DNA of 63,978 nucleotides, the filler included, from Trypethelium eluteriae (Eukaryota), in NCBI GenBank assembly GCA_051942245.1. It is 4 parts of 4 records of this genome, joined end to end, with 100 filler letters (N's around TTAATTAATTAA, not from the genome) between each part and the next. Parts side by side here need not be neighbours in the genome. Positions count along the whole stretch, not along the records: positions 33,997 to 50,869 come from JAVECL010000609.1; 3 more parts are not named here. The stretch is one strand, 5' to 3'. Under the pieces are notes generated by a model. It saw only the letters and a program-made list of their open reading frames with translations, did no database searches and was not told the DNA's origin. Position 1 is the first letter of the stretch. Each line of letters opens with the position of its first letter. The translations under genes and the position numbers were made by a program. This document shows positions 36,971-50,700 of this stretch, piece after piece.

Positions 36971-38841
36971 TCATGACAGCCCGATTTTCTGCTTATATTC
37001 ATTGACACAGTGTCTAAAGTCGCTCGCAAGACAAGGCTCAAGCCAATAGTCCCACCACCAGCCCTTTCGCGTATGACTTTTCAGGCCAACCTCCTGCATT
37101 AATCGATCGGTATACCAAATCAATTCGAAAAAGCAATACTCTCCTCTGCTACCCTTGGTCGGATACCTCCGCCTCGAGAACGCATTCATAAAGGCAACAA
37201 CCTCTTGAGCCTTGTGTAATGGAGGTAGTTTAACTGAACCATCGAAATATGCTGTAGCCCAGATCGCCTGGGCCTCGGCAGTACGAAAAGAGTTAGAAAG
37301 ATGCAGATGCCCCAAGAATACTATTGAAGTGTCAGTCAGTGGAGCAATGCCATTATACAGTCTCGATGTTGTAGTATCGATATCTGGCTTTTTGGCCGGC
37401 GGATGCTTAAATATGGGGAATGTTGAAGTGACGCGATGGTCTGCAGCTTTAAGAAGAGTAGCCCAAGTCTCCCGCTCCTCGTCAGTATCATCCTGAGAAC
37501 TGTGAGGAAGGCCAAGACTGATTGCGTTTGAAGAAGATAGGAATGGGTAAGTTGGTTTCCAGCCTGTGCCACAAAGGATGGCGTCAGCAAGGATATCCGT
37601 AGTTCCGTCAATGACTACGCTGCCCTGTCTCATCTCGGTGATTTCTCCACGAAAGATACGAGCGTGTTGCGCAAAGGTATCCCAAAAGTCGTCGTGTTGG
37701 ATTAGTCCCAAAGGAGCCGTGCACCAGAAGGCTCTGTTTGTGTTAGCCCGAAATCTACAGATCGGTCGAAAGTTGTCTTACGATCCGGCGGGTTCCAACT
37801 CTTCAAATTCTTTCTGCGCGTCAGCCCTTGTCTGATAAGCTGCTACTTTGCGGCATGCTTGATCTGTGGCTTTTATCTTCTCCTCAAGGTAACCTCTGCC
37901 GTAGTCGCTGCCATGGAAAAGCTTCAGAAGCCAAGAATCCGGCATAAATGAAGACGGCCCAAAACATGCGTTCAGTCTTGTCGCACCGTGTTCAATAGAG
38001 TTGCGATATCTCTCACCCCCCTGTGGAGGAATAAAGAGACCGGGGCCTTGTGCGTCCGCTCTAATAATCCAGTTGACGTCCTTGCCTTTCTTTATGCACT
38101 CATAAACCATGTCTGCGGAAGATTTGCCGGCTCCAAGCACGACGATACGCTTGATTTTCGGATTGTCAAGATGAGAACGAGAGAAGGACCCAAATTGTTT
38201 ATGATGTAGTATGAGACCTTTAAAAACTCCTTGGTCGGGCAAGTTAGGCATATTCGGAATTGATGTAATGCCGCTGGCGACGACAAGCCTCGAAGCTCTA
38301 ATATCTTGCTTTGTGTGACCCGAAGGCTCTACCATTGAGATACTCCAACCACTACTCAACCTTTCAACCTTCTCTACTCGGCAGCCAAACTTGATTCTAT
38401 CTCTCAGACTGGTTCCATTATACAAGTGACTGTCAATGTATTCTTCAAGGTACAGCGTAACGTAGCGGGCTTCAAATGTATCGTAGTACGTCAAAGCATT
38501 AGGGGGGAGTCGAAAGGGAACGTCCGAAAAACCGCTCATACGTTGTCCACTCTGGTTCCAGAACTTCTCGTAACCTCGTGCTTGGCAGCGTAAGCAAATT
38601 ACTGAACTGAGGTGAACTACTTTGTAGAACAAATGATCGATGACTAACATGAACTCCAGACTCCGCCCACACAAGTGTCCTCTTCAAGGATAGCTAGACG
38701 GCACTGCGGATGGACTTCAAGATAGACTCTAGAAAATGCTATGCCGCTGAGACCTGTGAAACGCAACTCTTAGTCTCGCCCCCGAGGCCCGTGAGTTGGA
38801 CACAAACCTGAACCAATGACCGCGACATCGTAATACGACAT
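36971..38841 (-). CDS. Flavin-containing monooxygenase-like protein (multi-exon)
   Basis: YDVAVIGSGLSG FAD motif, VGGVWS, FKGLILHHKQF (FxGxxxHxxxY/F), VVLGAGKSSADM NADPH motif, DAILCGTGW. Confidence 0.9.
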
Positions 38842-39168
38842 CTTGCCAGTAGAGGGGGACAACGCTCGCTTTGACGCTCAGATAAAGCTTATCAATCGTT
38901 GAGTGAATGTGGAAAACTCGGGTTGTAGTTTCCGAAATCTGTTAGGAAAATGCAGCTAACGGAGAAGCTAATTAGCAGCGTTACTTCCGCAGGATCTTGT
39001 GAGAATTCTGTCTCAGAGCTCTCAAGAATGCGTTCCATTTATGACCAGATTATGACGCTGACAGGCAAGCTTTCAGGCAGACGGCCGAATCTTTATGCCA
39101 GATGATGTCATATGTTGCTCTCCCCCCAAAACACGGTGTAGAGTAGAGTACGGAGTACGGTAAAAAGA

Positions 39169-39240
39169 AATGTCGGCGGGGCACCTCCATTCACCACCCA
39201 CCAAATATCGTAAGTGAACGGGGGTTGCCCCGCCGACATT
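39169..39240. repeat. 72-bp inverted repeat/hairpin
   Basis: AATGTCGGCGGGGCA (39169-39183) is the perfect reverse complement of TGCCCCGCCGACATT (39226-39240); pairing continues imperfectly inward (TTCAC/GTGAA). Confidence 0.8.
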
Positions 39241-39495
39241 CCTTTTAACACCTTAGACCCTGTGTAGCCCCGAGAGCGGCTCCGCAGAGGTTACTCAGCC
39301 TTTCGTAATACTAAAGAATGCTACTTTCACTATGTATACGGAATAGTAGTTTCATACGATATAATTCGATGGGTTCGGGCAATGAATTCGGATCACTCAA
39401 ACAACATCGCAACGAGATTCCCTCTGGTCTGTAACTCTCATCGAGGTTTGAAGAATTGCACGAGGATTACAGAGTTTGAAGCAATTTATCTAATG

Positions 39496-41073
39496 TTAAG
39501 TCTGAAACCGCGTATTTGTCCTCAGTCTCTCACCAAAAATCCAAACAAGCACCGCTACTGGGATCATTGCCATGGCTATCAAGGCAAAAACGCTGTTGCC
39601 CCAACCATACCCTATCCGATGGTACAATGGATTCGCCGCCAAGGGAATCAAGGTCTGTCCGAGGGATCGAATAATGGTGCAGGCTCCTAATGCGCTCGCT
39701 GCGTACGTAGTGTAAGCGTCCACGAGATACGTTTGCACGGCCAGATAGCTGTATAAGACGCCTATGGCGATCACTGAACTTCCAATGATCGGAACGAGCC
39801 AGAATGTGTGGGACTCCAGGGACCAGCCGTACCATAAGAAGCCTATGGGCAACAGACAGGCCCCAACGATTGATGGCGGTAGGCGGTCCTCCGCTCTCTT
39901 CAGACCGTGCTTGGCCTCCATTTTAACGACGTAACGATCAGACAATCTGCCGAGGGTGCACTGACTTAATATGAAACCAACAGTGAGACCCAAGTAAGCC
40001 AAGCCGCTCTGGCCTGTGGTGAACTTGTACTCATCTTGGAATACCGTGCCGACTGTCGCAAAGCAGATGGCGGTATTTCCAAGGGAAATCGCAGAGAAGA
40101 GCGCTAACAGTGGAATTCCAGGACAGTGGTAGGTCATTTGGAACAGGCGTGTCCAGGTTGCGATTAGCGCTTTCTTCTCGTTCCTCTGGTGTGACTCGTA
40201 GTTGTTGTCAATTCGGTGAGACTGTTTGCGAGCAAATAGAATTGGCTCGTAAGTCTCTCTCATCAAGCAAACGGCGACCGGAAGCAAAGTGCCCAGCTTA
40301 TGCAAAGTCAGAAAAAGTTTTGTGCTTATTGAGACACTCACCGCAATCAGTGTTATCCAAAACACCCACCTCCAACTGATATTCTCCACAATGAATCCAC
40401 CTATTATAGGACCTGTCCAATTAGTCATGAACTCGGAAATTGAAGATGAGCGAACTCACTAAGCGTAGGTCCCTACTGAGCATTAGAGTATACCCGTGAG
40501 AGAGCAAGACTCCAATATTAATCTACAGCAACCGGCCCAAACGACACCACGCTCAAAGCTAAACCACGTTTCTCTTTGGCTATCAGATCAGCGACAGTTG
40601 CGGAGCCAACAAGCATGAACGCGATTCCCGCGATGCCCATCATTGCACGGAAGATCATAAACACGGCAAGAGTATTGCTCGCGCCGCACGCTGCCAGCGA
40701 AGCCATGAACAGCACGAAGCCGACGTACAGAACAGGGAGACGACCGTACCATTCACTAACGGGAGAAATGATAAAAGGTCCAATGCAATACCCTATCGTG
40801 TAGATCGAGACCGAGAACGATGCCAACGAGCCGTTTCGAAAATGGAGATCGGACATGATGGCCGGTAGAGCTGGCTCAAACTCTGATGAGCACATGGCTA
40901 TGAGTTTGGTATCATCGTCAGAGGTAGCTTTGAAAGTAAAGAACCAGTGCGGCTCACGTTATGAGGTTCAGAACTGCGAGGAACCATATAATTGCCCATT
41001 TGCGCACTGAGCTCCAGTTCTTGGGGTTTTCCGGTGATTCAGACCAGCTTTCACAATTTAATGTTTCCTTCAT
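39496..41073 (-). CDS. MFS transporter, DHA1-like drug:H+ antiporter family (multi-exon)
   Basis: PENPKNWSSVRKW, GPFIISPVSEWYGRLPV, ISWRWVFWI, RETYEPIL, YLVDAYTTYAASA, YHRIGYGWGNS; includes a 13-nt exon 40460-40472. Confidence 0.92.
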
Positions 41074-42565
41074 TTCAGGTTGAGTAGTGGTGTCGATAAA
41101 GTGATTGAAGTATAGCACTGATGCTCATCATTTAGACGGATGTTACGGCGTTATGGCTTTCCCGTCGCAGTGAATACCTGAGCTCTCTCGACGTACTAGG
41201 AGTATTTGCTGTAGATGATCCGCCGTTACGATTCCTTGGTTCCCTACCTCAACAGTACAGCTCCTTTTCGTCCTCTGCAGATAGCACGACAGGGAGCCGC
41301 TTGTTAGCTGAACAAAGAGTTCCCAATGAGAAGTTACAATGCACCTCGTGCAGGTCAGCGGTCGTGACCCCAAAGACTCCACTTGGTGCCAGTCTAGCCA
41401 TCGGACGCACCTAAGCGCTCCATGCAGATGATCGGAATGACCACTCATTGAGTCTTTGTAACGTGCCGCAAGATCCACATACCGTCCCATTCGGACTGTT
41501 GCAATCCACTATTGCAATCTATCGAGATTGGGCAGGGTTTAACATGGCTGCCTGACTGTTATCAGTTGTTGGAACGTCACTTTTACCGAGGTAAGCTGCG
41601 GCGCAGTCCAAAATTTTTGCATGGCTGACGAGAGATCGGAAACGATTGTGAGCCAGCCGTCTTCTCTACCCCATAGCGCCGCGTGGGCATTGTTCCTTTC
41701 CGGATATTCAGCCGTTGTTAAGGCAATACGCTGCTAGAAAGTTGAGAGGCAAGAGGCAGGGAGCTACGCCGCATGCAAGTGGAGGGGCTAGTAGGCGCTA
41801 TCTACGCCGCATGCAAGTCGGGGAGCGGGCCGCTTCCCGGACTTAGAGGCTGCTGGGGAGGCGAGAGTATGTAGAGTACTGGGAGGGTGCAGGGTCGGCC
41901 CTGAGCAAGCCTAGGCCGGGTAGAACCGAATTTATTCGAAACAATATTGGCTAATAAGATACTGGAATCAAATTGTCTGAGCTGTGTCTTTGCTGATAAT
42001 CAGGATGGGAGCCACCAGTGGGTGAAATTAGAAATGTCATGCCAGGGTCAATTCAGTTTGCCGAGCTAGTTTCATATAGATCTGATAAATCATGGAAATC
42101 TTGGCTTAGTTTCATAAAAACGCGTAGTGATGCACTCGTGATTTCTTAACTCAGAGAAAAATCTCTGGTGGCACCCTTTGGCAGAGCGGCTACTTGTCTT
42201 GAAGAAATGTCTCCCGTTCTCAATGAGTGCCACTCACCGACCACCAATCATGCCTTCCCACACTAGCATGTCTACGCATTCTCCAAAGTTCGAGTAATTA
42301 CAGCTATTCCGGGGCAAATATAGCTTAGGCTGGAAAACTATGGGCGACTGCTCCAGCGCTGCTATTGAGTCCTAGATCAGGTATGGATATAACTTTATTC
42401 CCTCCATGTTCGAGCCTTGAGCACATTTCGGGGGAGTGCAGTACAATTAAGCCGCGGTGAAAGCCACAACCGCCGCGTGTTGTCACTTAGCGTAGGCTCC
42501 AATGGCTTTGAAGTATGCCTGCAGGGCCATTGCGCTTCGATTGTCGTCAAGCCTCTCATTGAAGA

Positions 42566-43822
42566 TTACACTCTGCGCTCGACTGCATCCACACTACGTG
42601 TGACAATGATTTTATCCTCGCTAGGAGGAGATCCCATCTCAATGTCGCTGTTATTTCTACCAGGCCCTTCAGCGTTGGTAACAATATGGTCCGCTGACGA
42701 CCCAGGCTCCATCATAGTCGGTCTTTCACCGCTACCTCGTCCTGAACCACGCGAGCGTGATGATAAGGAGCGCAAAGAGAGTGCAGATTGCACGCTCCGT
42801 ATGAGACCTTGCAGGCCCTTTGAACGGAACAAGCTGTATGAGGCCGGCAAACAAGCAGCGCAGAGGGCAAGTCCTGCTTCGATCATACTCCAGTAGAGAC
42901 CTGCAGTGTAAAGGAGCTCAAAATTCACGGTTGCTGAATAATTGGCGGACGTGAGCTGAACGAACATCACCATTCTCACAATTGAGGCAGCGAGTGCAAG
43001 CACGCCGAGCATGAAAATGCCCAGAAGCGCCAATTTTCGCCCAATTGTCAAGTGCAGCTGCCAGACCATGGGCAAAGGTAAGATGATGATGAGCACATCT
43101 ATAACCACATCCGAGATTGCAAAAGCGTTGTGGAGCATAGACGTTTCGGTGCAATTAGCAGCTTCAACTTTGGTGCTTGTCCAATACGCGGAAAAGTCTG
43201 TGCCACAGATGAACAAAATTGCGAAGAAGAAAGCGATCGTCCAGGCCGTGATAGTGGCTAACATGAATGATGTTACCCAATTGAACTTCCATGCCGCACC
43301 CTTTGTGAAAATACGTCGGTAGAAAAAGATAAAGCTCAATTTAATGAGACCGAGGGCAGGGACTTGCAGGAGCTCGACCGGCCAAAAAGCCTGCAACTCT
43401 AAGCCTCAATCTGATGTTATGGCATTCTTAACTCAATGCTTACCACGTTGGCATCCGGTTTCCCGACTGTCTCACTCGAAGGTGGTGTGGGATATCCCAA
43501 CTGCTTCAAGCCCACTTCTGCAATGACGTTATGGATCGGTTGCTATACTGGGTTTGAGGACATACCTGCAATTAAGGTCACTCCCATCGCAATGACAAAA
43601 AGCTGCAAGCGTCGGTAAGCTACGGACACTCTAGAACCCGTTCTTGCGATGGATGTGGGATGAGCGTACCAGTGCCCCCATGATTGTGTAGTCATCGGCG
43701 CCGAGGCGAACGGCCTGTAGTCGCCTTGCGTAGAGCCTCAGACTGACGCAGCCGGCGCATACTGGTATAAACACGGCACCTGCTGCGATGGCAAGATTTT
43801 TATGAATCTCAACATCAGCCAT
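42566..43822 (-). CDS. PTH11-like (fungal rhodopsin-domain) integral membrane protein, no CFEM domain
   Basis: VSLRLYARR...LGADDY, IKLSFIFFYRRIF, DVVIDVLIIILPLPMVWQLHL..RKL, ASIVRM, WSMIEAGLALCAACLP. Confidence 0.9.
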
Positions 43823-45090
43823 GCCGAGCTTGTCGGGGAGTGTGAGAGTTGAAGTTACTTTGCGCACAAAGTTCACGTTTTACTCGTTCCTGAGAAATGG
43901 AAAATCGGTCAAGTGATGGAATGAATAGATGAAGAGGTATACTCTAGCTTGGAGAGGGAAAAGCGGGATTGCTTTGAAGCAAGATGGAGGTCGGCCTACC
44001 GGCACAGAGCCTCGAGAGCCGTGATTTATGGACTGCATATTCGCGATCATCGTCCTCTCTCTTGCTCTGACAGGCTGCAGCCCTGCGGCACAAAGAGGAC
44101 TGGGTAGGGGTCGTCTTGACTGAAGCCACCTTGACATCAAAATGTGATTAACCAATAATGGCGGCTTCGTCTGATTGGCCATTGCCTTAATGCGTATTGT
44201 TACAGCGCCCAGGCGCGTCCGACTGATATTGTACCCACTGATCAGCCCACCCTTTAGATCCATGCATATTTGCTTGCCTTGGATTCAAAAATTGGATATA
44301 AGAGGAAATTATAAACCGCGAGCCAAATTGGGTGTGATCTGTGGACGATTGTTGGAAATGAGCGAATTGGAAATTGTCAGGCCAGCTGTAGAGTAGGCAG
44401 TTGTCTTCGATCCATGGAATTTTCCTGTAGCGACTCCATTTTCAAGTTGAGTAACGCTATTAATCGGAGATAGACTGGCGCTGCACATACCCCTTGCGCT
44501 GGTGCTCTGGGCTGCCACACAGAGATTTCAAATCACGTGCTTATCACCGATAGAAAAGTGATCCGTGCGCGGCAGCCCCACCAGCGCAAGGGATACACAT
44601 TGCACAGCAACTGTGTACCTAGCTACGGAGTACTAAGTTGGCCCCCAAACTCGGCGTTCAACCATGACATGGGTGGTGCCGCCGACTCGGCGAACTGCAT
44701 ACGATCCACAGCACTTTTTCTAGCATTGGTGGCATGATTATCTGCCTCACCTCAGTTCACCATGCCTTTGTCTACCATCTTTCAATCGATGGTCCAGGCA
44801 GCGAGATGCTTGCGTAGACGCGTTCACCGTAACACGGAACTGGAGCCTGACGGGCCCTGACGTCTTCCTTATAATCTAATCTAGCGATAATTTGGGCTCC
44901 ATGCAGATGAGAGGCAAAGTGCATCGTACGCGCACGACTTCAGCGTCAGGAATGCATTGCATCGTCTCTGCTACTCTACAGCACCAAAGGCATGGCCTTC
45001 AACCTCACTTATTCCAACATTGTTCCTTGCAACACAAAAAAAGCGCCGAACAACAGACTAGTGCGTACTGTTCTGCTCAAATCCTATCTA

Positions 45091-48000
45091 TTTCTTTCTT
45101 TCTTTCTTTCTTTCTTTGATTCCTACTCCCTTTCAGGTCACACTGGCCTATGAGGGGATCTAGCTATCTAGTATCTAGTCTATATCTGGTTGCCAATGCT
45201 GGCTCTAAAGTGTAAAATACATTCCAGGATTATTGTCGCTGCATTAGGGTTTGTTCTAAAGTGATACTATTCTTGCTGCCGGTGCAGTGTCTTAATAGTC
45301 TTCTAGATCCTGTCTGTTTTATATTCTTCTTATGTGCTTATTCCTGCATTTAATCTTTTAGTATCCTTTATAAATAAAATAGTATCTTATATAATCTGCA
45401 AATTTGGTTGCTAAATTTTTATTAATCCGTCTAATTCTTGTAATAAATATGCTCCATAAACTTTTATAATTATAAGGTCTTTAAGCTGGTCTTAAGTCCA
45501 ATATTGCTGTTTTTATTAGGTCTATCTTAGGCATTATAATAAAAAGTATTTTACTGTCTCTTTTTAATCATAGTTACAGAGTTTATTATTAACTTAGCCA
45601 ATCTTGTATAAATAGCTATTTAGCCTACAGTAACCTCCCCTTAGCTAGGCAAGTATTGTTGCATCTTTTTAATTAAGTCTGTTATAGAGTTTCCGTGTAT
45701 ATTTCCTTAGCAGCGCTTTGTCTAATTCTTTTAAATATCTAGCAACCCTTAAAAACTAGAATTAAGTATATTTTTCTTCTTCTAAAGATCTGTTTTATTT
45801 CCAGTTATCTTTTAAAGTAATCTTCCTATTAACTGGAGTATAGCCAAGGCTTATAATTAAGTAGGCTAGGTTATGTGCAATTTTATTTCCTTGTACTCTA
45901 GAATGTGCTAATACCCAGATAAATTAAATATCAAGTTGCTGCTGCCTTGCTATCTAAAGTAAGTTAAAGATTTGTTACAATATTTCATTCTTATATTTAT
46001 TAGGATATTAGAGAGTATGTAATACCCTTTTATTATCAGTAATTATTAAATGCTTAATAAGGCCAAATTATAGTCCATATACCGGGTCTTTAATTATGGC
46101 ATATAGGGCTGCTAGAATTGCTTTAAGTTTAACTTGTATTGGGTCTGGATTAATACCATAGTTAAGAGTAATTAAAACTTAAAGGCCAAAAGGTGGCGGA
46201 GTAAAGATTCTTAAACCAGCGTGTTAATGCCTAACCAATCCATCTATATAAAAGGCTATTAAGTCTGGGTTATTGGTTATACTCTCTACTACTCAGATTG
46301 CTTTATATTTGTTTTATAATAAAATATTTAGCCTAAATTGCTAAAGTGGTTTAATAAAGGCCGGGATTAGATTTACTTCTTTTAGGTTTATGGGTCCGTA
46401 TCTAGCTGCGGTTATTTTTAGTAATAATTAATAGCTCCTAATCTGGTCTAGCCAGTAAATAAGTAACCAGCTAACATAATGTAGCAGTTTGTACTAAAGC
46501 TGTAGCCAATTCCTCCGTATTAATTTATGGAGTTAATCTTGTGGGAGTTCTAATCCTGCCTTAATTATTGCTGCTGGAAGGGCTGCTGAACTAAATATCC
46601 CTATAACTATTGCCGCCCCAATTTTTATTGCTTAATTAATACAACCTTATACGTGCATTAATAAGCTAGGAACCCATACTAGCGCTCTATAATCTATAAC
46701 CAGCATAATTATGGCTATGAATAATTGGCGAGTTGCTTTAGGCTGTAGGCCTTGGAGTCGCCGTAAAGCTAGCGCTGCTTTCTCTCCTTATTTAGCTGCA
46801 CACACTATATAAGAGTGGAATGTTAATCTTTAGTCCAGAATTAGACCTAATAATTTAACTTCTTATTTTGGAGTAATAATTAAGCCCTAGAACCTTATGC
46901 TATTCTCATCCTGATAATGGCGGCTATTGCGCAAGAAGTAAATTAATTGTGTTTTGTTGGGTTTAAATATAACACTGCTTATTTTGCTCTACTGCTTAAC
47001 TAATAGAATAATTTCACTCTTAAGCTAATTAAGATTTCTATGTATTATGGGACTTAAGACCCATATAATAAAGTTATTAATAAAAGCCATCTTTTTTAGG
47101 GTGCTTGAGAGTTTTCTATTTAATAGATCTGCGTTATAAAAAAGAAAGAGAATAGGTAAGAGTGGTAAGCCTTATGGCAGGCCTGCATAAGCAATATCCA
47201 TAATTTTAAATTCTGTACTATTAACTATAACTAAAGCTTTCCGGTTAGAGCAGAAGCTATAATATAAATATATTAATTACTATGGAATTCTCCTTGTTTA
47301 TAGTTACTGTACTAGGATGTCTTTATGGATGCTATTAAAGGCACCTTTTAAATCAAAGCTTAGTAAAGTGATTAGGTATTTATACTTCCAGGCTTAATAA
47401 ATGTTTTTAATAACTAACTATAAGGTGTTAATTATAGATTGTTATTTCTAGGCACTAAAGTAATATTTAGGAAGAAGGCTGTGGGTTTTATCCAGGTATG
47501 AGAGTCTCTCTGCAAGGACTGATTCCAGTACTTTTCTAAGCATGGCTAAAAGTAAGATTAGCCGGTATGCCTTTACCAGCCTATAATTGCTTTTATTAGG
47601 TTTTTAAAGAGGGAGAATTTTAACTAATCTCCATAGATAGGGGAAATATCCTATTTGTATAATTGCTTAAAAAAGGGTAATAATATAGTTATCTACCTCT
47701 AGCTATAATATTTTCTAAGCAATTACTAGAAGATTATCAGAACCAGGAGCCTTATATAAAGCTGCCCTAAGAATTGCAGCATAGATTTCTTCCTTTAAGA
47801 GGTGCTCCCAATATAATAGCATTGGTGTGTTTTATTATGGAATATATTCTTTAATCTGTGCTGTTTAACTAAAAAATTAGTTAATAAGTTCCTTGGAGAT
47901 TCCAGCATCATCCATACAGGGGCTGTTTAGCGTTTTTAATGCTGTTATTAAACCAAATTAACTCTTTTCTGCTGGATAAAGATATTTTATGGCTTTCCAG

Positions 48001-50700
48001 ATATTTTGGTTTAAGTCCAGAAAATCATCCTATTTTGCTCTTCTTTAGCATCTGCAGGTATTATAAAAAACTTTTTTAGCATCTTTAACCATTTTATTAA
48101 GTCTTTTATCGCGTGAGTATCCGCGGCATTAAGAGCAAGCCTTGTTTCTTATCCGGGTAAATTTGCGTCTAAGCTGGCTAAGGTTTAGGGTTTACCATTA
48201 TTTTGCATACAGCAATGGTTTAGCAGTAGGTATACACTAAAGTACCGCCTTCTATATAATTTGGGTAAGACTGGTTATAAAGCTGTCAATTTATTGTGGC
48301 GTGTTTAGTATTGTGTCGGATAAACATAGCTGTTAAAGGCCTTTGGCAGCTAATTAACCTGCGCTACACCAATTAGTATTTCTAAACAGCCGTCTTGGTT
48401 TATAAGAAGGTTTGTAAGCATTAAGGGCAAACTGGGTTTTAATCACTTTATAGTCTAATCCATAAGCCATATGCCATATTTGGTATTTAGTCAGATTATT
48501 TATAAGGCTGTTTAATATAAGTGCTAAATCTATTATGGATTCTAAGTCATGTATAATTATGCCTTGCGGGAGTAATAATTAGAGGCCTAGCTGGTTGATA
48601 TACTGGATAATCCTTCCTCCTTCATCTTAACAGATCCTATCTCCACCCCAAAGATGGTTATGGCGATTAAAGTTGCCGCTAATAAAAGGCTTATGGGTAG
48701 GATACTAAGCATAAGTATCTTTGACATGTTATAGGGCATTATTTAAAATCTTATTGTTGTGGTTAACTATCCCTTTAATTAGCGGGATATATATCAAAAA
48801 GGCAAGACATGCTCTGTTCTTAATTTAGAATTTAATTGCAGTGATATCTTTTAAAGGAATGTTGATTTATTATGCTTGGAGAGATTAGTTTATATAAATT
48901 AGGGTCTGAAATAGCCACCATACTGCGTTATCTTAAGATAAGGGGACGTGTTGTATCTAGTGCAAGTAGCTTTATAGTGTTGCCAGGAATCGGCCTTCGC
49001 TTATTTTAAAACCGCCTAGCTCTTAAATTAATAATATACTAAAGTTTTGTATTGCTTTATTATTCAGTAGTGCATACTGGGCTTCTTATTAATGCTGGAG
49101 ATTAGCTTAGAGAATCCGAAGCGGTTTACAAATTATTTAATTATTTATTCTGGATTTATTATTGGCGCATAAGACATAAAAAGGCTTGGCTGTGATAATT
49201 GCTGAAATAATTGCAGCATCTAGGAGTGTTAATACACAACCGCGCATTATGCCCTTAATCAGTACAATTTAAGTATTATTCTGGGTTTCTGCAGTTTTGC
49301 GCCATGTGGCTAAATTTACCACATTTCTTATATTATAACACTTATAACTCAAAGAATTCACCCATGCGGGCTAATGCTCCTTGGATTATAATATACCCTT
49401 TGCTAAGGAGGTTATCCTTCTTATCCTATAAATTACATATCAGCACTAACTAAACTGTTTAATGTTCTAATAATTAGCTAAAAAGTTGTATTATTTAAAT
49501 AGAAAGTCTATTCTTATTATTAATCTAGTCCAAAATATCTTTAGAGATAGTCTCTCCCTTGCTGGGATTACTAATACAGTGCTTATTAACATCTGTGAGC
49601 TTAATCTTAAATCTTTCTTGTTTAATTAATCTAGCCTATACAAAATCCTTTTTTACTAAATTCTTCCATAATTCTTTATATCTGACTGTTTGGGCTTGTT
49701 GTTTGCTTATAAAAATAAAACCAACACATTCCTTTTGTCTTATTATTACTGCATTACATTTTGCTTATAATAATTCGGCTGTAGTCTGAAGGGCTTTATT
49801 TATTAAGTCCTATAGTTTTTTCGCATCTTTAATACCTATTTATGTATCTCCAAGGTTTAAATTTATTATAAAAAGCTGGTGTTTAGCTTTGGCTATAGCC
49901 CTTGCTAGACTTTAATTAGAAATAGATAAGAGATTTGGGCTTAAATTAGGAGGTGTTACTGCAATAATAGGAGGGAGCAGGTTGGGACTTAAGGTTATAA
50001 AAGCATATAAGCAAGGTTGGGATGTTGCTAGTAGTGATGACACTGCCTTTTTAAGATTGCTAAGTGTGCCCTCTACTTTTGTTATATTATTTTTTATTTT
50101 AGCTACTTTTTTTGTCAGATTCTTATATTCTTAAATAAGCACTTTATTACCTTTAATTAATAACCTGTTTTCTTTTATAAGTTTTTAGAAACCCTGCTTA
50201 TAGCCTTAAGCCAGCTATTATATCTGCAAAAGGTGACATATTTTTATCTCTTGCAAGGTTTAAAGGACGTCCTTTATGCTAGTTTCTTATTTCCTTAATG
50301 CCATAACAAGATTATATTGTTTTTTATAATCAGTCGCGATAATAAGGGCTTTAGCTAATAATAATGGGATATATTTTGACTATTAGGGACCAGATTGGGT
50401 ACGGGGCGATTTGGGGCTTCTATCATGTTTTCTAAATACTATTTATTACTGTGCTAATATAAGAGTTTAGACAAATAGCAAGTCGTGTTTTATTGTATTT
50501 TAGTATCGTTCCTGTGTCTCTGTTAATGCTTGGGTACCGCGTCTCACTTCGCGTCGCCCTCACGGCGGTGGGATACCCACGCGGAATTCCGCGCAGAATT
50601 TCTAGTGCTTGCTACTACAGACAATAGTAACTAGACGCGTAGGTATCCTCGAGTTCTTATCCGTCCGAGTTGATACATGATTGATTGATCTCCAGCATCC
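45091..50700 (-). mobile_element. Full-length, RIP-inactivated LINE (Tad1-like non-LTR retrotransposon), 5610 bp
   Basis: Minus-strand relics: gag Cys/His knuckles near 49170-49340, endonuclease FISGNFNRHNHLWGG (~48643-48687), RT LLSFDLKGAFN, GLP*GLPLLPILFLFYNADLL (~47121-47189), AFINNF, RNase H FIWVLAHSRVQGNKIAH (~45875-45925); (GAAA)n-like 3' tail at 45091-45117; direct repeat CAAATCCTATCTA at 45078-45090 and 50701-50713; TpA-rich with many stops. Confidence 0.93.

Noticed and set aside
49559..49789. Hydrophobic 76-aa ORF inside the AT-rich block
   Set aside because: Antisense by-product of the RIP-mutated LINE ORF1.
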